Positions 10,006-20,952 of a stretch of DNA of 64,000 bases are shown piece after piece. Location of the stretch: the sequence record KJ019095.1; one strand, 5' to 3'. Below the pieces are notes generated by a model. It did not search any database. It saw only the letters and a list, made by a program, of their open reading frames with translations, and had not been told where the DNA came from. Numbering within the stretch: the first letter of the stretch is position 1; each line of letters begins with the position of its first letter. Position numbers and translations under genes: made by a program.

Positions 10006-10298
10006 TGGCGTTTTCTGTAACACTTAGATCACCTACTGGTGAAGATAAAGTTGTAACAGTGGAGGGAGATCAATACATCCTAGATGCCGCAGAGGAAGCG
10101 GGTGTAGATCTCCCATATTCATGTAGAGCTGGTGCTTGTTCATCCTGTGCAGGTAAGATTGTATCTGGAAAGGTGAATCAAGAAGACCAGTCATTCTTAG
10201 ATGATGATCAGATCGAAGCAGGTTTCGCACTCTTATGTGTAGCTTATGCCGAATCTGATTGTGTGATTGAGACGGAAAAAGAGGAAACCCTTTACTGA
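10005..10298 (+). CDS. petF: Plant-type [2Fe-2S] ferredoxin
   Basis: [16 protein letters not shown]...LLCVAY. Confidence 0.98.
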   Translation: MAFSVTLRSPTGEDKVVTVEGDQYILDAAEEAGVDLPYSCRAGACSSCAGKIVSGKVNQEDQSFLDDDQIEAGFALLCVAYAESDCVIETEKEETLY

Positions 10299-10303
10299 GA
10301 CTG

Positions 10304-10453
10304 ATGTCTAATCCAAACGCTCTATATGAAGATATGGAGAAACTGAATGCCCTCTACGAAGAACTTTGTTGGGGGCATAACGATGAACTACAGTTTTCCC
10401 ATGACGGGGAGAGCATTATTATTACCAATAAAACCCAGGAGAAACAAAAATGA
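10304..10453 (+). CDS. Small hypothetical protein (49 aa, not in ORF track)
   Basis: MSNPNALYEDMEKLNALYEELCWGHNDELQFSH...; fills the petF-hli gap and has an ATGA overlap with hli. Confidence 0.75.
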   Translation: MSNPNALYEDMEKLNALYEELCWGHNDELQFSHDGESIIITNKTQEKQK

Positions 10454-10659
10454 CAGTAACAACTGAAGATGGTGGACGTACAAACATGTATGCTACTGAA
10501 CCCACTATGTTTATTGATCCTTCTTACACTGAGAAGTATGGTTTAGAAACACACGCGGAACGAGCTGAAACAGCAAACGGGCGTTGGGCAATGATTGGAT
10601 TTGTTTCTGGTATTGTATCCTATGTTATTACTGGTAACTTCTTCTTTGGTGTTATCTAA
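10450..10659 (+). CDS. hli: High-light-inducible protein
   Basis: ERAETANGRWAMIGFVSG motif with the phage-type N-terminus TTEDGGRTNMYATEP. Confidence 0.95.
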   Translation: MTVTTEDGGRTNMYATEPTMFIDPSYTEKYGLETHAERAETANGRWAMIGFVSGIVSYVITGNFFFGVI

Positions 10660-10664
10660 TATTA

Positions 10665-10693
10665 GAAGGAGGGTTTGATACCCTCCTTTTTTT
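10665..10693 (+). terminator. Rho-independent terminator
   Basis: AAGGAGGG...CCCTCCTT hairpin followed by a T-run. Confidence 0.8.
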
Positions 10694-10702
10694 GTGCTCC
10701 TA

Positions 10703-10708
10703 TAAATA
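10703..10708 (+). promoter_or_regulatory. T4-type late promoter (TATAAATA)
   Basis: TAAATA shortly upstream of the fibre gene. The same motif precedes other genes at 23263, 25247, 27385, 45365, 51725, 53503, 54765, 57574 and 63023. Confidence 0.75.
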
Positions 10709-10740
10709 CCTTTTAGGCACCCACACACCTTCGTATCAAA

Positions 10741-13056
10741 ATGGCATTTAAGATTAATGGCGTAGTACGCATTGATAATAGTGGCAACGGTTTTCTGGGA
10801 ATTGTAACCGCTACCGACGCTAATATCACAGGAGTTCTCACTGCCACTGAGGTGGATGCGAAAGTATCATCTAAGGCAATAACTGAACAAACAGATGGAA
10901 CCGTAGATGATGTAACTGGTGCAGATGAACTATTACTATTAGATGCCGAGACTGGTGGATTACTAAGAGTATCAATAGATGAGTTCGTGCAGGGTTCAGG
11001 CATTGGAACTCTAGTAACGGACTTTGATAACTTAACTGTTACTGGTATCACAACCGTTGCCACCCTCAAAGGTATTGGATCTAATAACATCAGTGTAGGG
11101 AGCACACTTTCCTTTGCTGATGGTACAGAGATCATCATGGGTGACTCTGGTGACTTCAGTATTCATCATGATGGTGACCATACTTACCTAGATGAGACGG
11201 GGCAGGGTAATCTAAAACTCCGTACAAATAACTTTAGAGTAACAAATATAGCAGAAACAAAACCAGCTATTACAGCACAGGTTACTTCTGGTGTTGAGTT
11301 GTATTTTGATGGTAATAAGAAGATAGAAACTACAAATACTGGTGTTCTTGTGAGTGGTATGCTCACTGCTGATAGATTAAGATCAGGTGATATTGCTGCT
11401 AGAAATGTAATCACACTGGGTATTACCACTATCCAAGATCATTTGGAAGTGAATGATAGTACTGGTTCTGGTACGGAATATAATCTTAATGTTAAGACTA
11501 ATGGTAGTTCTACCTTTGGTGTCTTAGGTAATGGAAATATTCTACTTGGAAACAGTTCCGGTGCTCCATTCATGGCGACGAATGATCACCACGCAACTTC
11601 CAAGAAATATGTAGATGACGCCATCGCTGATGATCCTAGCGGTGCTGCGGCTTGGGGTACTGTTGCCTCAAACAACAGTGGTGGTGCTAGTAGTATTACT
11701 TTACTGGGTGGGATGAATGTAGCAAGTGTCACAGCTGGCACATCAAATGCAAAAGGAAATTTCGTGGTTACATTTGCCACTCCAATGCCTGATGCAAACT
11801 ATTCAGTAACCGCTAGTTATAATAACGCTAATGTTAACACATATGGGGATATTAGTGTAGGTTCTAAAACAGCAAGTAGTTTTGAGGTTCAAACTTTTGA
11901 ATCATCAAATCTGCCTGACTGGCAGGGGTTTGGATTTGTCGTCTTCGCAACCAATGCCCTCCCACCAACAGGCGGCACCGGCACAGATAGCTGGGCAGCT
12001 GTAGATCAAACTATTGTTAATGGTGCTTGTAATGTACCGGCAAGTTTTAACGTTGCTTCAGTAACTAGAACTGGACTGGGCCTATATGACGTGGTGTTTA
12101 CAACGCCGATGCCTACTGATAAATACAGCGTTGTGGGTAGCATTACCCGAGACACATTTTCTAATTTCTGTACTTCTAATAGGTCGGCTACTGGCTTTAC
12201 AGTAAAGAACACCTATCAGAATCGCGATAACGGTGCTACTCAGTATGCAGACAACCCCTTCTCCTTCACCGTCAACGCCACCAACGCAACGCTACCTGAA
12301 ACTATTACAACGGATCAGTTTACCTCTGCGTTTAATGCTCCTACCTTCAAAAACATTCTCATCAATGGAAATCTGACAATTAATCAACGTAATGTTAATA
12401 TTACATCTGTTTCTGCCGGTGAATATGGTGAAGATCGTTGGAAAAAGACATTAGGTGGGATGACGCAGATTGTTGAAGATGGTAATTATCTACCAAGTTC
12501 TTCTTACACTTTATCTGGAACAGGTATTACTACAACTACAGCAAACTCACCTGCTTCTGGTGACTGGGACATCTCAACAACCTTTGGTGATATTCCTATT
12601 ACTGCTCGTTCTATCCAACTTGAATATGGCAACGTAGCCTCAGCGTTTGACTTGAGACCGGTTGGGGTGGAGCTGAGTTTGTGTCATCGTTATTTTTATA
12701 GAATAATAAGGTCCGTCAACAGCACTCCTTTTACTATTAAATCTAACAGTAACTCAAACGACATTCCCGCTGTAGGCTCGATCGAGTGTTCTTACAGTGT
12801 AGTTTTTCCAGCCACAATGAGAACCCAACCTACTGGCTCAAATTACAGTAACAACGGAGCAAATAACTATTTGGCAATTCCAGGATATAGGGCTATTACT
12901 AACTCTTTTCTGGCAAGCGATGTAAGTTTTTCATACGCATCCTCTGAAGACGCAGTAATTTTAGTGGATACGACCTTAGGGAGCATCGGAGTAGTTCAAG
13001 GAGCTGCGTTCCCGCTAGAGGCGGCTTTTAGTTATGACATCGACGCCGAACTTTAA
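10741..13056 (+). CDS. Tail-fibre-like virion protein (771 aa)
   Basis: G/T-rich fibre repeats, two tandem ~95-aa modules (VASVT..G.Y.V.F.TPMP...YSV), and the C-terminal fibre block FKNILING...ELSLCHRYFY...DAEL; late promoter upstream. Confidence 0.75.
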   Translation: MAFKINGVVRIDNSGNGFLGIVTATDANITGVLTATEVDAKVSSKAITEQTDGTVDDVTGADELLLLDAETGGLLRVSIDEFVQGSGIGTLVTDFDNLTVTGITTVATLKGIGSNNISVGSTLSFADGTEIIMGDSGDFSIHHDGDHTYLDETGQGNLKLRTNNFRVTNIAETKPAITAQVTSGVELYFDGNKKIETTNTGVLVSGMLTADRLRSGDIAARNVITLGITTIQDHLEVNDSTGSGTEYNLNVKTNGSSTFGVLGNGNILLGNSSGAPFMATNDHHATSKKYVDDAIADDPSGAAAWGTVASNNSGGASSITLLGGMNVASVTAGTSNAKGNFVVTFATPMPDANYSVTASYNNANVNTYGDISVGSKTASSFEVQTFESSNLPDWQGFGFVVFATNALPPTGGTGTDSWAAVDQTIVNGACNVPASFNVASVTRTGLGLYDVVFTTPMPTDKYSVVGSITRDTFSNFCTSNRSATGFTVKNTYQNRDNGATQYADNPFSFTVNATNATLPETITTDQFTSAFNAPTFKNILINGNLTINQRNVNITSVSAGEYGEDRWKKTLGGMTQIVEDGNYLPSSSYTLSGTGITTTTANSPASGDWDISTTFGDIPITARSIQLEYGNVASAFDLRPVGVELSLCHRYFYRIIRSVNSTPFTIKSNSNSNDIPAVGSIECSYSVVFPATMRTQPTGSNYSNNGANNYLAIPGYRAITNSFLASDVSFSYASSEDAVILVDTTLGSIGVVQGAAFPLEAAFSYDIDAEL

Positions 13057-13098
13057 ACTCCTTAATTCCTTACAATAGAACTATCACACTTTAAAACT

Positions 13099-13341
13099 AT
13101 GGCTTATACTTACGCATTTACTGATGCTGATAACAACAGCATCAAACGCACTGATGAAGACGGTAACGTTGCATTCGTTCCAGTCGCAGAAGGCAATCGT
13201 GACTACGCAGAATATCTATCCTCTGGTATCACTGCCGATGCATACGTAGCACCACCGGAACCAGAACCCCTTACTCCAGAAGAGAAACTAGCCAACTCTG
13301 GACTGACAGTTGATGAGCTAAAGAGTTTGTTAGATCTATAG
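13099..13341 (+). CDS. Putative tail-fibre assembly chaperone (80 aa)
   Basis: Small acidic ORF directly after the fibre: NRDYAEYL...PPEPEPLTPEEKLANSGLTVDELKSLL. Confidence 0.55.
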   Translation: MAYTYAFTDADNNSIKRTDEDGNVAFVPVAEGNRDYAEYLSSGITADAYVAPPEPEPLTPEEKLANSGLTVDELKSLLDL

Positions 13342-13400
13342 GTGTGACAGCCAGCAAACTGGCACAGGGGGTTGGCACCCTGGGGAATGTGTGTTATAAT
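13342..13400 (+). promoter_or_regulatory. psbA promoter region: inverted repeat plus extended -10
   Basis: GTGACAG-N7-CTGGCAC imperfect palindrome, then TGTGTTATAAT. Confidence 0.6.
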
Positions 13401-13446
13401 AAACACATAAATAAGATATGTAAAGTTCTTATTACAACACTTCCAT

Positions 13447-13558
13447 CTAACCGAGACCTACGGGGAAGTAAAATACGTCTCTAATACCTACACCGGAGGG
13501 TGGTGTAGGAATAATACTATCGTCAGCTCCCCCTGGCACTACTTACCCTTTTTACACA
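13447..13558 (+). ncRNA. Structured psbA 5' leader, PhotoRC-II-like RNA motif
   Basis: Hairpins GAGAC/GTCTC and CCTACACC/GGTGTAGG immediately upstream of psbA, the known location of this motif in cyanophages. Confidence 0.65.
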
Positions 13559-14638
13559 ATGGCTTCAACACTTACACGCCGTCAAGGCGCATCTATCTGG
13601 GATCAGTTTTGTTCCTGGGTCACATCAACCAACAATCGTCTTTACGTCGGTTGGTTCGGTGTTCTAATGATTCCTACATTGTTAGCCGCAACTGTATGTT
13701 TCATTATCGCTTTCGTGGGTGCTCCCCCAGTGGACATCGACGGAATCCGTGAACCAGTAGCTGGTTCACTCATGTATGGAAACAACATCATCTCTGGTGC
13801 AGTTGTTCCTAGTTCAAACGCAATCGGTTTACACTTCTACCCCATCTGGGAAGCTGCATCACTTGATGAATGGCTTTACAATGGTGGTCCTTTCCAACTA
13901 GTTGTCTTCCACTTCCTTATCGGTATCTACGCCTATATGGGACGTGAATGGGAACTCTCTTATCGTTTAGGTATGAGACCTTGGATCTGTGTAGCATACT
14001 CTGCACCAGTTGCAGCAGCTTCAGCAGTATTCCTAGTCTATCCTTTCGGTCAAGGTTCATTCTCAGACGCGATGCCCTTGGGTATCTCTGGAACATTCAA
14101 CTACATGTTGGTCTTCCAAGCAGAACATAACATCTTGATGCACCCCTTCCACATGTTGGGAGTCGCAGGTGTCTTCGGTGGTTCATTGTTCTCAGCGATG
14201 CATGGTTCACTTGTTACCTCTTCACTTGTCCGTGAGACAACTGAAACTGAGTCACAGAACTATGGTTACAAGTTCGGTCAAGAAGAAGAGACCTATAACA
14301 TCGTGGCAGCCCATGGCTACTTCGGTCGTTTGATCTTCCAATACGCTTCATTCAACAACTCACGCTCACTCCACTTCTTCTTAGCCGCATGGCCAGTTGT
14401 GGGTATCTGGTTCACCGCACTTGGTGTTTCCACAATGGCATTCAACCTCAATGGTTTCAACTTCAACCAGTCTGTTATCGACGGACAAGGTAGAGTATTG
14501 AACACCTGGGCGGATGTTCTTAACAGAGCTGGTCTTGGGATGGAAGTAATGCATGAGAGAAATGCACACAACTTCCCACTAGATTTGGCAGCAGCTGAGT
14601 CCACACCAGTGGCTCTAATTGCACCATCTGTTGGTTGA
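13559..14638 (+). CDS. psbA: Photosystem II D1 protein
   Basis: Full-length 359 aa: [44 protein letters not shown]. Confidence 0.99.
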   Translation: MASTLTRRQGASIWDQFCSWVTSTNNRLYVGWFGVLMIPTLLAATVCFIIAFVGAPPVDIDGIREPVAGSLMYGNNIISGAVVPSSNAIGLHFYPIWEAASLDEWLYNGGPFQLVVFHFLIGIYAYMGREWELSYRLGMRPWICVAYSAPVAAASAVFLVYPFGQGSFSDAMPLGISGTFNYMLVFQAEHNILMHPFHMLGVAGVFGGSLFSAMHGSLVTSSLVRETTETESQNYGYKFGQEEETYNIVAAHGYFGRLIFQYASFNNSRSLHFFLAAWPVVGIWFTALGVSTMAFNLNGFNFNQSVIDGQGRVLNTWADVLNRAGLGMEVMHERNAHNFPLDLAAAESTPVALIAPSVG

Positions 14639-14660
14639 TCACTCAACCTGTGGTATGATA

Positions 14661-14690
14661 AAGGGGGACTTCGGTCCCCTTTCTTTTTCT
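14661..14690 (+). terminator. Rho-independent terminator after psbA
   Basis: AAGGGGGAC-TTCG-GTCCCCTTT plus T-rich tail. Confidence 0.8.
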
Positions 14691-14708
14691 TTTGTAATGT
14701 AAAGTTTT

Positions 14709-14939
14709 ATGTCTCACGATCTAATCGAATTGCTCACTTACTATGTGATCGGTGGTGCCCTTATCATAGGACCACCCGCTATCTTTCTCATCATTGCTAT
14801 GATGGCAGCACTCCAAAATACGAAAGGTCGCATGGTTGGATACAAAGATCACAAAACTTATGGTGATTCATCCATCTACGATCCGGCACCAAAATTGCCA
14901 GTAGATCAAACAAAATTCTTCTTGGAACTTAACAACTGA
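14709..14939 (+). CDS. Hypothetical membrane protein between psbA and psbD
   Basis: 76 aa with one hydrophobic segment; normal spacing in the psbA-psbD operon. Confidence 0.75.
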   Translation: MSHDLIELLTYYVIGGALIIGPPAIFLIIAMMAALQNTKGRMVGYKDHKTYGDSSIYDPAPKLPVDQTKFFLELNN

Positions 14940-14950
14940 GGTAAACAAAA

Positions 14951-16006
14951 ATGACGACAAGTACACTTACAACACCACAAAGGGGGTGGTTTGATCTACT
15001 GGACGATTGGATCAAGAGAGATAGATTTATCTTTATTGGTTGGTCTGGACTTCTCCTTCTCCCCTGTGCATATCTCTCTATTGGCGGATGGCTCACTGGA
15101 ACGACATTCGTAACTTCATGGTATACGCATGGACTCGCCTCCTCTTATTTGGAAGGTGCAAACTTCTTGACGGCGGCTGTCTCGACTCCTGCTGATGCTA
15201 TGGGTCATTCTCTCCTTCTACTTTGGGGTCCTGAATCTCAGGGCGACTTCCAGCGGTGGCTCCAACTTGGAGGGCTTTGGTCATTTGTTGCTCTCCATGG
15301 TGCCTTCGCTCTAATTGGATTCATGCTTCGTCAGTTTGAACTGGCAAGACTCATTGGTATCCGTCCCTACAACGCTATTGCATTCAGTGGTCCTATCGCT
15401 GTATTTGTCAGTGTGTTTCTTCTATACCCACTAGGTCAATCTTCCTGGTTCTTTGCCCCCTCCTTTGGTGTGGCAGCAATCTTTAGATTCCTATTGTTTC
15501 TTCAGGGTTTCCACAACTGGACACTGAACCCCTTCCATATGATGGGAGTTGCTGGTATACTAGGTGGAGCACTACTATCTGCAATCCATGGCGTTACTGT
15601 TGAAAATACCCTATATGAAGATGGAGAACAGAACAACACCTTCACTGCGTTCGATTCCACGCAGGAGGAAGAGACCTATTCGATGGTTACTGCGAACCGC
15701 TTCTGGTCGCAAATCTTCGGGGTTGCGTTTAGTAATAAGCGTTGGCTTCACTTCTTTATGTTGTTTGTTCCTGTCATGGGTCTTTGGGTCTCAAGTATTG
15801 GGATCATTGGGCTTGCTCTTAATCTTCGTGCTTATGATTTTGTGAGCCAAGAGATTAGAGCAGCAGAAGATCCTGAGTTTGAAACTTTCTACACAAAGAA
15901 CATCCTTCTTAACGAAGGACTAAGAGCATGGATGGCACCTGTGGATCAACCACATGAGTCATTTGTATTCCCAGAAGAAGTTCTACCTAGAGGTAACGCA
16001 TTGTGA
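14951..16006 (+). CDS. psbD: Photosystem II D2 protein
   Basis: [24 protein letters not shown]...[10 protein letters not shown]; GAGG RBS. Confidence 0.99.
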   Translation: MTTSTLTTPQRGWFDLLDDWIKRDRFIFIGWSGLLLLPCAYLSIGGWLTGTTFVTSWYTHGLASSYLEGANFLTAAVSTPADAMGHSLLLLWGPESQGDFQRWLQLGGLWSFVALHGAFALIGFMLRQFELARLIGIRPYNAIAFSGPIAVFVSVFLLYPLGQSSWFFAPSFGVAAIFRFLLFLQGFHNWTLNPFHMMGVAGILGGALLSAIHGVTVENTLYEDGEQNNTFTAFDSTQEEETYSMVTANRFWSQIFGVAFSNKRWLHFFMLFVPVMGLWVSSIGIIGLALNLRAYDFVSQEIRAAEDPEFETFYTKNILLNEGLRAWMAPVDQPHESFVFPEEVLPRGNAL

Positions 16007-16248
16007 TTAACGCACTCTTCACTTTTATATTTGCTGCGGTGATGTGGGTGCAAGTCCCACAGTGGCAGGATGATTGGTCTAAGTGCGCAGTAGATGTACC
16101 TGATGTTCAATGTCATTGGTATATCACAGCACCCGATAGCACCATGGGTGAAGGATTTAGTTGGGCGAATGCCCCTTGGTTCAGTGCTGAAGGTCTCCTT
16201 GATATTGGAGAACTTCACAACACAGTTCAATCACTTCAGGAGGCATGA
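16003..16248 (+). CDS. Hypothetical protein (signal-peptide-like N-terminus)
   Basis: GTGA overlap with the psbD stop; [23 protein letters not shown]. Confidence 0.7.
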   Translation: MINALFTFIFAAVMWVQVPQWQDDWSKCAVDVPDVQCHWYITAPDSTMGEGFSWANAPWFSAEGLLDIGELHNTVQSLQEA

Positions 16249-16460
16249 TGAATATATTATTTTTAGTATTATACTTCGTCTGTTTCTGTCTCATTGCAGG
16301 TGGTGCCGCAGCTATGATGTATGCAAACATACAATCTATCTGGAACACACCACCCGCTCCACCTAAACCAATTCATCCTGAGGCACCTGTAGCAGGTGAA
16401 GAGGTTATGTATGTCGATCTAACAAGAGAAAAACTGGAAGATTTGTACCATGAACATTGA
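16245..16460 (+). CDS. Hypothetical membrane protein
   Basis: N-terminal TM segment, Pro-rich linker, HPEAP...YVDL; coupled to the previous ORF. Confidence 0.7.
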   Translation: MMNILFLVLYFVCFCLIAGGAAAMMYANIQSIWNTPPAPPKPIHPEAPVAGEEVMYVDLTREKLEDLYHEH

Positions 16461-16572
16461 ATACCTTTTAGGTTGGGTTGCTATTCTTGTTTTGTTTATA
16501 GCAACACAGAATACTGATGATGACGATGATCCAGAAGGTGGTATGATGGTTCCTTCCACTCAATCTACATAA
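16450..16572 (+). CDS. Small membrane peptide with acidic tail (40 aa, not in ORF track)
   Basis: MNIEYLLGWVAILVLFIATQNTDDDDDPEGGMMVP; followed by a terminator. Confidence 0.65.
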   Translation: MNIEYLLGWVAILVLFIATQNTDDDDDPEGGMMVPSTQST

Positions 16573-16696
16573 CAAAACTACAAGGGGATTGCTAACAATC
16601 CTCTTTTTTTGTATCGTTATTTTGTTTGATTGTTATATATTGTGTGTATTTTCACACAAACCATATACATAGAGTGTAGAGCAAAGAGGAAGTATT

Positions 16697-16897
16697 ATGT
16701 TATCGCATAATCTTATTTCACATAACCAACTAGAAGGTTGGCGTGAATCTTTTCAGAAGATAGATAAATCTACCAATAGAACAACAGACGAACTAAACCT
16801 AATTAATGATTACTATGATTGCTTAATAGAGTGTGATGATAACCAATCAGCATGTAAGCGTATCTGTAAACATGTATTGACATCTCCACCAATTTAA
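16697..16897 (+). CDS. Hypothetical protein with Cys motif
   Basis: GAGGA RBS; DYYDCLIECDDNQSACKRIC. Confidence 0.75.
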   Translation: MLSHNLISHNQLEGWRESFQKIDKSTNRTTDELNLINDYYDCLIECDDNQSACKRICKHVLTSPPI

Positions 16898-16936
16898 ATA
16901 TGTTAGAATGGAGGGTATAACAACCCTCTTTTTTTT

Positions 16937-17104
16937 ATGCGATTCGATTTAACCATGGATGATTATGCCATCATCCTCAACGCATTACACTATTATAAGA
17001 AAGTAGAGAAGCGTGGCAACTTCAAGCAGTATAATGAGGAGCGAGTTAACGATCTTAGGGACCGAATGGCCCACCAAATCGTCTGGGAACAGGGTGAAGA
17101 GTAG
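16937..17104 (+). CDS. Small hypothetical protein (55 aa, not in ORF track)
   Basis: MRFDLTMDDYAIILNALHYYKK...WEQGEE; open frame filling the gap after a terminator. Confidence 0.65.
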   Translation: MRFDLTMDDYAIILNALHYYKKVEKRGNFKQYNEERVNDLRDRMAHQIVWEQGEE

Positions 17105-17219
17105 CAAATACCACCATTTTCAGGAACCTCTCACCAAACCTTTGGGATACACTATGGGAAAACGGGTTGTTGATCGCCTATAATAAGGGGGTAGAACACA
17201 ACTGGAGAGAAAATCCACT

Positions 17220-17984
<765 letters not shown>

Positions 17985-18054
17985 TCACTCAACCTGTGAT
18001 ATGATAAAAGGGGACTTCGGTCCCCTTTCTTTTTCTTTTGTAATGTAAAGTTTT

Positions 18055-18285
18055 ATGTCTCACGATCTAATCGAATTGCTCACTTACTATGTGATCGGTG
18101 GTGCCCTTATCATAGGACCACCCGCTATCTTTCTCATCATTGCTATGATGGCAGCACTCCAAAATACGAAAGGTCGCATGGTTGGATACAAAGATCACAA
18201 AACTTATGGTGATTCATCCATCTACGATCCGGCACCAAAATTGCCAGTAGATCAAACAAAATTCTTCTTGGAACTTAACAACTGA
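18055..18285 (+). CDS. Duplicate of hypothetical 14709-14939
   Basis: Identical translation. Confidence 0.6.
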   Translation: MSHDLIELLTYYVIGGALIIGPPAIFLIIAMMAALQNTKGRMVGYKDHKTYGDSSIYDPAPKLPVDQTKFFLELNN

Positions 18286-18296
18286 GGTAAACAAAA

Positions 18297-19352
18297 ATGA
18301 CGACAAGTACACTTACAACACCACAAAGGGGGTGGTTTGATCTACTGGACGATTGGATCAAGAGAGATAGATTTATCTTTATTGGTTGGTCTGGACTTCT
18401 CCTTCTCCCCTGTGCATATCTCTCTATTGGCGGATGGCTCACTGGAACGACATTCGTAACTTCATGGTATACGCATGGACTCGCCTCCTCTTATTTGGAA
18501 GGTGCAAACTTCTTGACGGCGGCTGTCTCGACTCCTGCTGATGCTATGGGTCATTCTCTCCTTCTACTTTGGGGTCCTGAATCTCAGGGCGACTTCCAGC
18601 GGTGGCTCCAACTTGGAGGGCTTTGGTCATTTGTTGCTCTCCATGGTGCCTTCGCTCTAATTGGATTCATGCTTCGTCAGTTTGAACTGGCAAGACTCAT
18701 TGGTATCCGTCCCTACAACGCTATTGCATTCAGTGGTCCTATCGCTGTATTTGTCAGTGTGTTTCTTCTATACCCACTAGGTCAATCTTCCTGGTTCTTT
18801 GCCCCCTCCTTTGGTGTGGCAGCAATCTTTAGATTCCTATTGTTTCTTCAGGGTTTCCACAACTGGACACTGAACCCCTTCCATATGATGGGAGTTGCTG
18901 GTATACTAGGTGGAGCACTACTATCTGCAATCCATGGCGTTACTGTTGAAAATACCCTATATGAAGATGGAGAACAGAACAACACCTTCACTGCGTTCGA
19001 TTCCACGCAGGAGGAAGAGACCTATTCGATGGTTACTGCGAACCGCTTCTGGTCGCAAATCTTCGGGGTTGCGTTTAGTAATAAGCGTTGGCTTCACTTC
19101 TTTATGTTGTTTGTTCCTGTCATGGGTCTTTGGGTCTCAAGTATTGGGATCATTGGGCTTGCTCTTAATCTTCGTGCTTATGATTTTGTGAGCCAAGAGA
19201 TTAGAGCAGCAGAAGATCCTGAGTTTGAAACTTTCTACACAAAGAACATCCTTCTTAACGAAGGACTAAGAGCATGGATGGCACCTGTGGATCAACCACA
19301 TGAGTCATTTGTATTCCCAGAAGAAGTTCTACCTAGAGGTAACGCATTGTGA
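18297..19352 (+). CDS. psbD: Photosystem II D2 protein, second (duplicated) copy
   Basis: Identical translation to 14951-16006. Confidence 0.8.
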   Translation: MTTSTLTTPQRGWFDLLDDWIKRDRFIFIGWSGLLLLPCAYLSIGGWLTGTTFVTSWYTHGLASSYLEGANFLTAAVSTPADAMGHSLLLLWGPESQGDFQRWLQLGGLWSFVALHGAFALIGFMLRQFELARLIGIRPYNAIAFSGPIAVFVSVFLLYPLGQSSWFFAPSFGVAAIFRFLLFLQGFHNWTLNPFHMMGVAGILGGALLSAIHGVTVENTLYEDGEQNNTFTAFDSTQEEETYSMVTANRFWSQIFGVAFSNKRWLHFFMLFVPVMGLWVSSIGIIGLALNLRAYDFVSQEIRAAEDPEFETFYTKNILLNEGLRAWMAPVDQPHESFVFPEEVLPRGNAL

Positions 19353-19594
19353 TTAACGCACTCTTCACTTTTATATTTGCTGCGGTGATGTGGGTGCAAG
19401 TCCCACAGTGGCAGGATGATTGGTCTAAGTGCGCAGTAGATGTACCTGATGTTCAATGTCATTGGTATATCACAGCACCCGATAGCACCATGGGTGAAGG
19501 ATTTAGTTGGGCGAATGCCCCTTGGTTCAGTGCTGAAGGTCTCCTTGATATTGGAGAACTTCACAACACAGTTCAATCACTTCAGGAGGCATGA
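19349..19594 (+). CDS. Duplicate of hypothetical 16003-16248
   Basis: Identical translation. Confidence 0.6.
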   Translation: MINALFTFIFAAVMWVQVPQWQDDWSKCAVDVPDVQCHWYITAPDSTMGEGFSWANAPWFSAEGLLDIGELHNTVQSLQEA

Positions 19595-19806
19595 TGAATA
19601 TATTATTTTTAGTATTATACTTCGTCTGTTTCTGTCTCATTGCAGGTGGTGCCGCAGCTATGATGTATGCAAACATACAATCTATCTGGAACACACCACC
19701 CGCTCCACCTAAACCAATTCATCCTGAGGCACCTGTAGCAGGTGAAGAGGTTATGTATGTCGATCTAACAAGAGAAAAACTGGAAGATTTGTACCATGAA
19801 CATTGA
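19591..19806 (+). CDS. Duplicate of hypothetical 16245-16460
   Basis: Identical translation. Confidence 0.6.
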   Translation: MMNILFLVLYFVCFCLIAGGAAAMMYANIQSIWNTPPAPPKPIHPEAPVAGEEVMYVDLTREKLEDLYHEH

Positions 19807-19918
19807 ATACCTTTTAGGTTGGGTTGCTATTCTTGTTTTGTTTATAGCAACACAGAATACTGATGATGACGATGATCCAGAAGGTGGTATGATGGTTCCT
19901 TCCACTCAATCTACATAA
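19796..19918 (+). CDS. Duplicate of 40-aa membrane peptide 16450-16572
   Basis: Same sequence at +3346. Confidence 0.55.
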   Translation: MNIEYLLGWVAILVLFIATQNTDDDDDPEGGMMVPSTQST

Positions 19919-20042
19919 CAAAACTACAAGGGGATTGCTAACAATCCTCTTTTTTTGTATCGTTATTTTGTTTGATTGTTATATATTGTGTGTATTTTCA
20001 CACAAACCATATACATAGAGTGTAGAGCAAAGAGGAAGTATT

Positions 20043-20243
20043 ATGTTATCGCATAATCTTATTTCACATAACCAACTAGAAGGTTGGCGTGAATCTTTTC
20101 AGAAGATAGATAAATCTACCAATAGAACAACAGACGAACTAAACCTAATTAATGATTACTATGATTGCTTAATAGAGTGTGATGATAACCAATCAGCATG
20201 TAAGCGTATCTGTAAACATGTATTGACATCTCCACCAATTTAA
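20043..20243 (+). CDS. Duplicate of Cys-motif hypothetical 16697-16897
   Basis: Identical translation. Confidence 0.6.
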   Translation: MLSHNLISHNQLEGWRESFQKIDKSTNRTTDELNLINDYYDCLIECDDNQSACKRICKHVLTSPPI

Positions 20244-20282
20244 ATATGTTAGAATGGAGGGTATAACAACCCTCTTTTTTTT

Positions 20283-20450
20283 ATGCGATTCGATTTAACC
20301 ATGGATGATTATGCCATCATCCTCAACGCATTACACTATTATAAGAAAGTAGAGAAGCGTGGCAACTTCAAGCAGTATAATGAGGAGCGAGTTAACGATC
20401 TTAGGGACCGAATGGCCCACCAAATCGTCTGGGAACAGGGTGAAGAGTAG
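20283..20450 (+). CDS. Duplicate of 55-aa hypothetical 16937-17104
   Basis: Same sequence at +3346. Confidence 0.55.
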   Translation: MRFDLTMDDYAIILNALHYYKKVEKRGNFKQYNEERVNDLRDRMAHQIVWEQGEE

Positions 20451-20565
20451 CAAATACCACCATTTTCAGGAACCTCTCACCAAACCTTTGGGATACACTA
20501 TGGGAAAACGGGTTGTTGATCGCCTATAATAAGGGGGTAGAACACAACTGGAGAGAAAATCCACT

Positions 20566-20946
20566 ATGAAAATCCAACAATCAATGCTTCGTCGTCTCGC
20601 CGCTAAGAAAGGAAAGACGCAGAACGGATTCACACTAATTGAACTGATGGTGGTTGTTGCTATCGTTGGTGTCCTGTCCGCTGTAGCACTTCCTCAACTC
20701 ACTAAAGCACAAGACCGTGCTAAGTCCGCAGCCGCATCTTCCACCGCATTAAACGCTGCTAAGACTTGTTCAATCGCTATCATCGGCGGTGATTCTACAG
20801 AGGGTGACGTCGCTGAAGTTACCACAGGGGACGTTACCAATGGAGCGATCACTTGTGCTGATGATGCCGAATTCGTATTCATCGGTGGCGGAGACACATG
20901 GACAGTAGCGATGGATGACGGCATTCCCGGTAACCCTTCTAAGTAA
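20566..20946 (+). CDS. Type IV prepilin (major-pilin-like)
   Basis: Basic leader ending QNG|FTLIELMVVVAIVGVLSAVALP (G/F cleavage site, Glu+5), two Cys in the head; upstream TATAAT promoter and GGAG RBS. Confidence 0.92.
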   Translation: MKIQQSMLRRLAAKKGKTQNGFTLIELMVVVAIVGVLSAVALPQLTKAQDRAKSAAASSTALNAAKTCSIAIIGGDSTEGDVAEVTTGDVTNGAITCADDAEFVFIGGGDTWTVAMDDGIPGNPSK

Positions 20947-20952
20947 AAATCA

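Noticed and set aside
14639-14950. psbA intron or homing endonuclease between psbA and psbD
   Set aside because: psbA is uninterrupted, and the 76-aa intervening ORF has no nuclease motif.
16575-16696. NtcA or Pho box in AT-rich intergenic regions
   Set aside because: No correctly spaced GTA-N8-TAC or direct-repeat Pho box could be supported.
16697-16897. Cys-rich ORF as CP12
   Set aside because: It lacks the CP12 AWD.VEEL and C-terminal YC...P...EC motifs.
18297-19352. Second psbD as a genuine diverged paralogue
   Set aside because: It appears identical to copy 1 and lies inside a duplication with assembly-artefact hallmarks.
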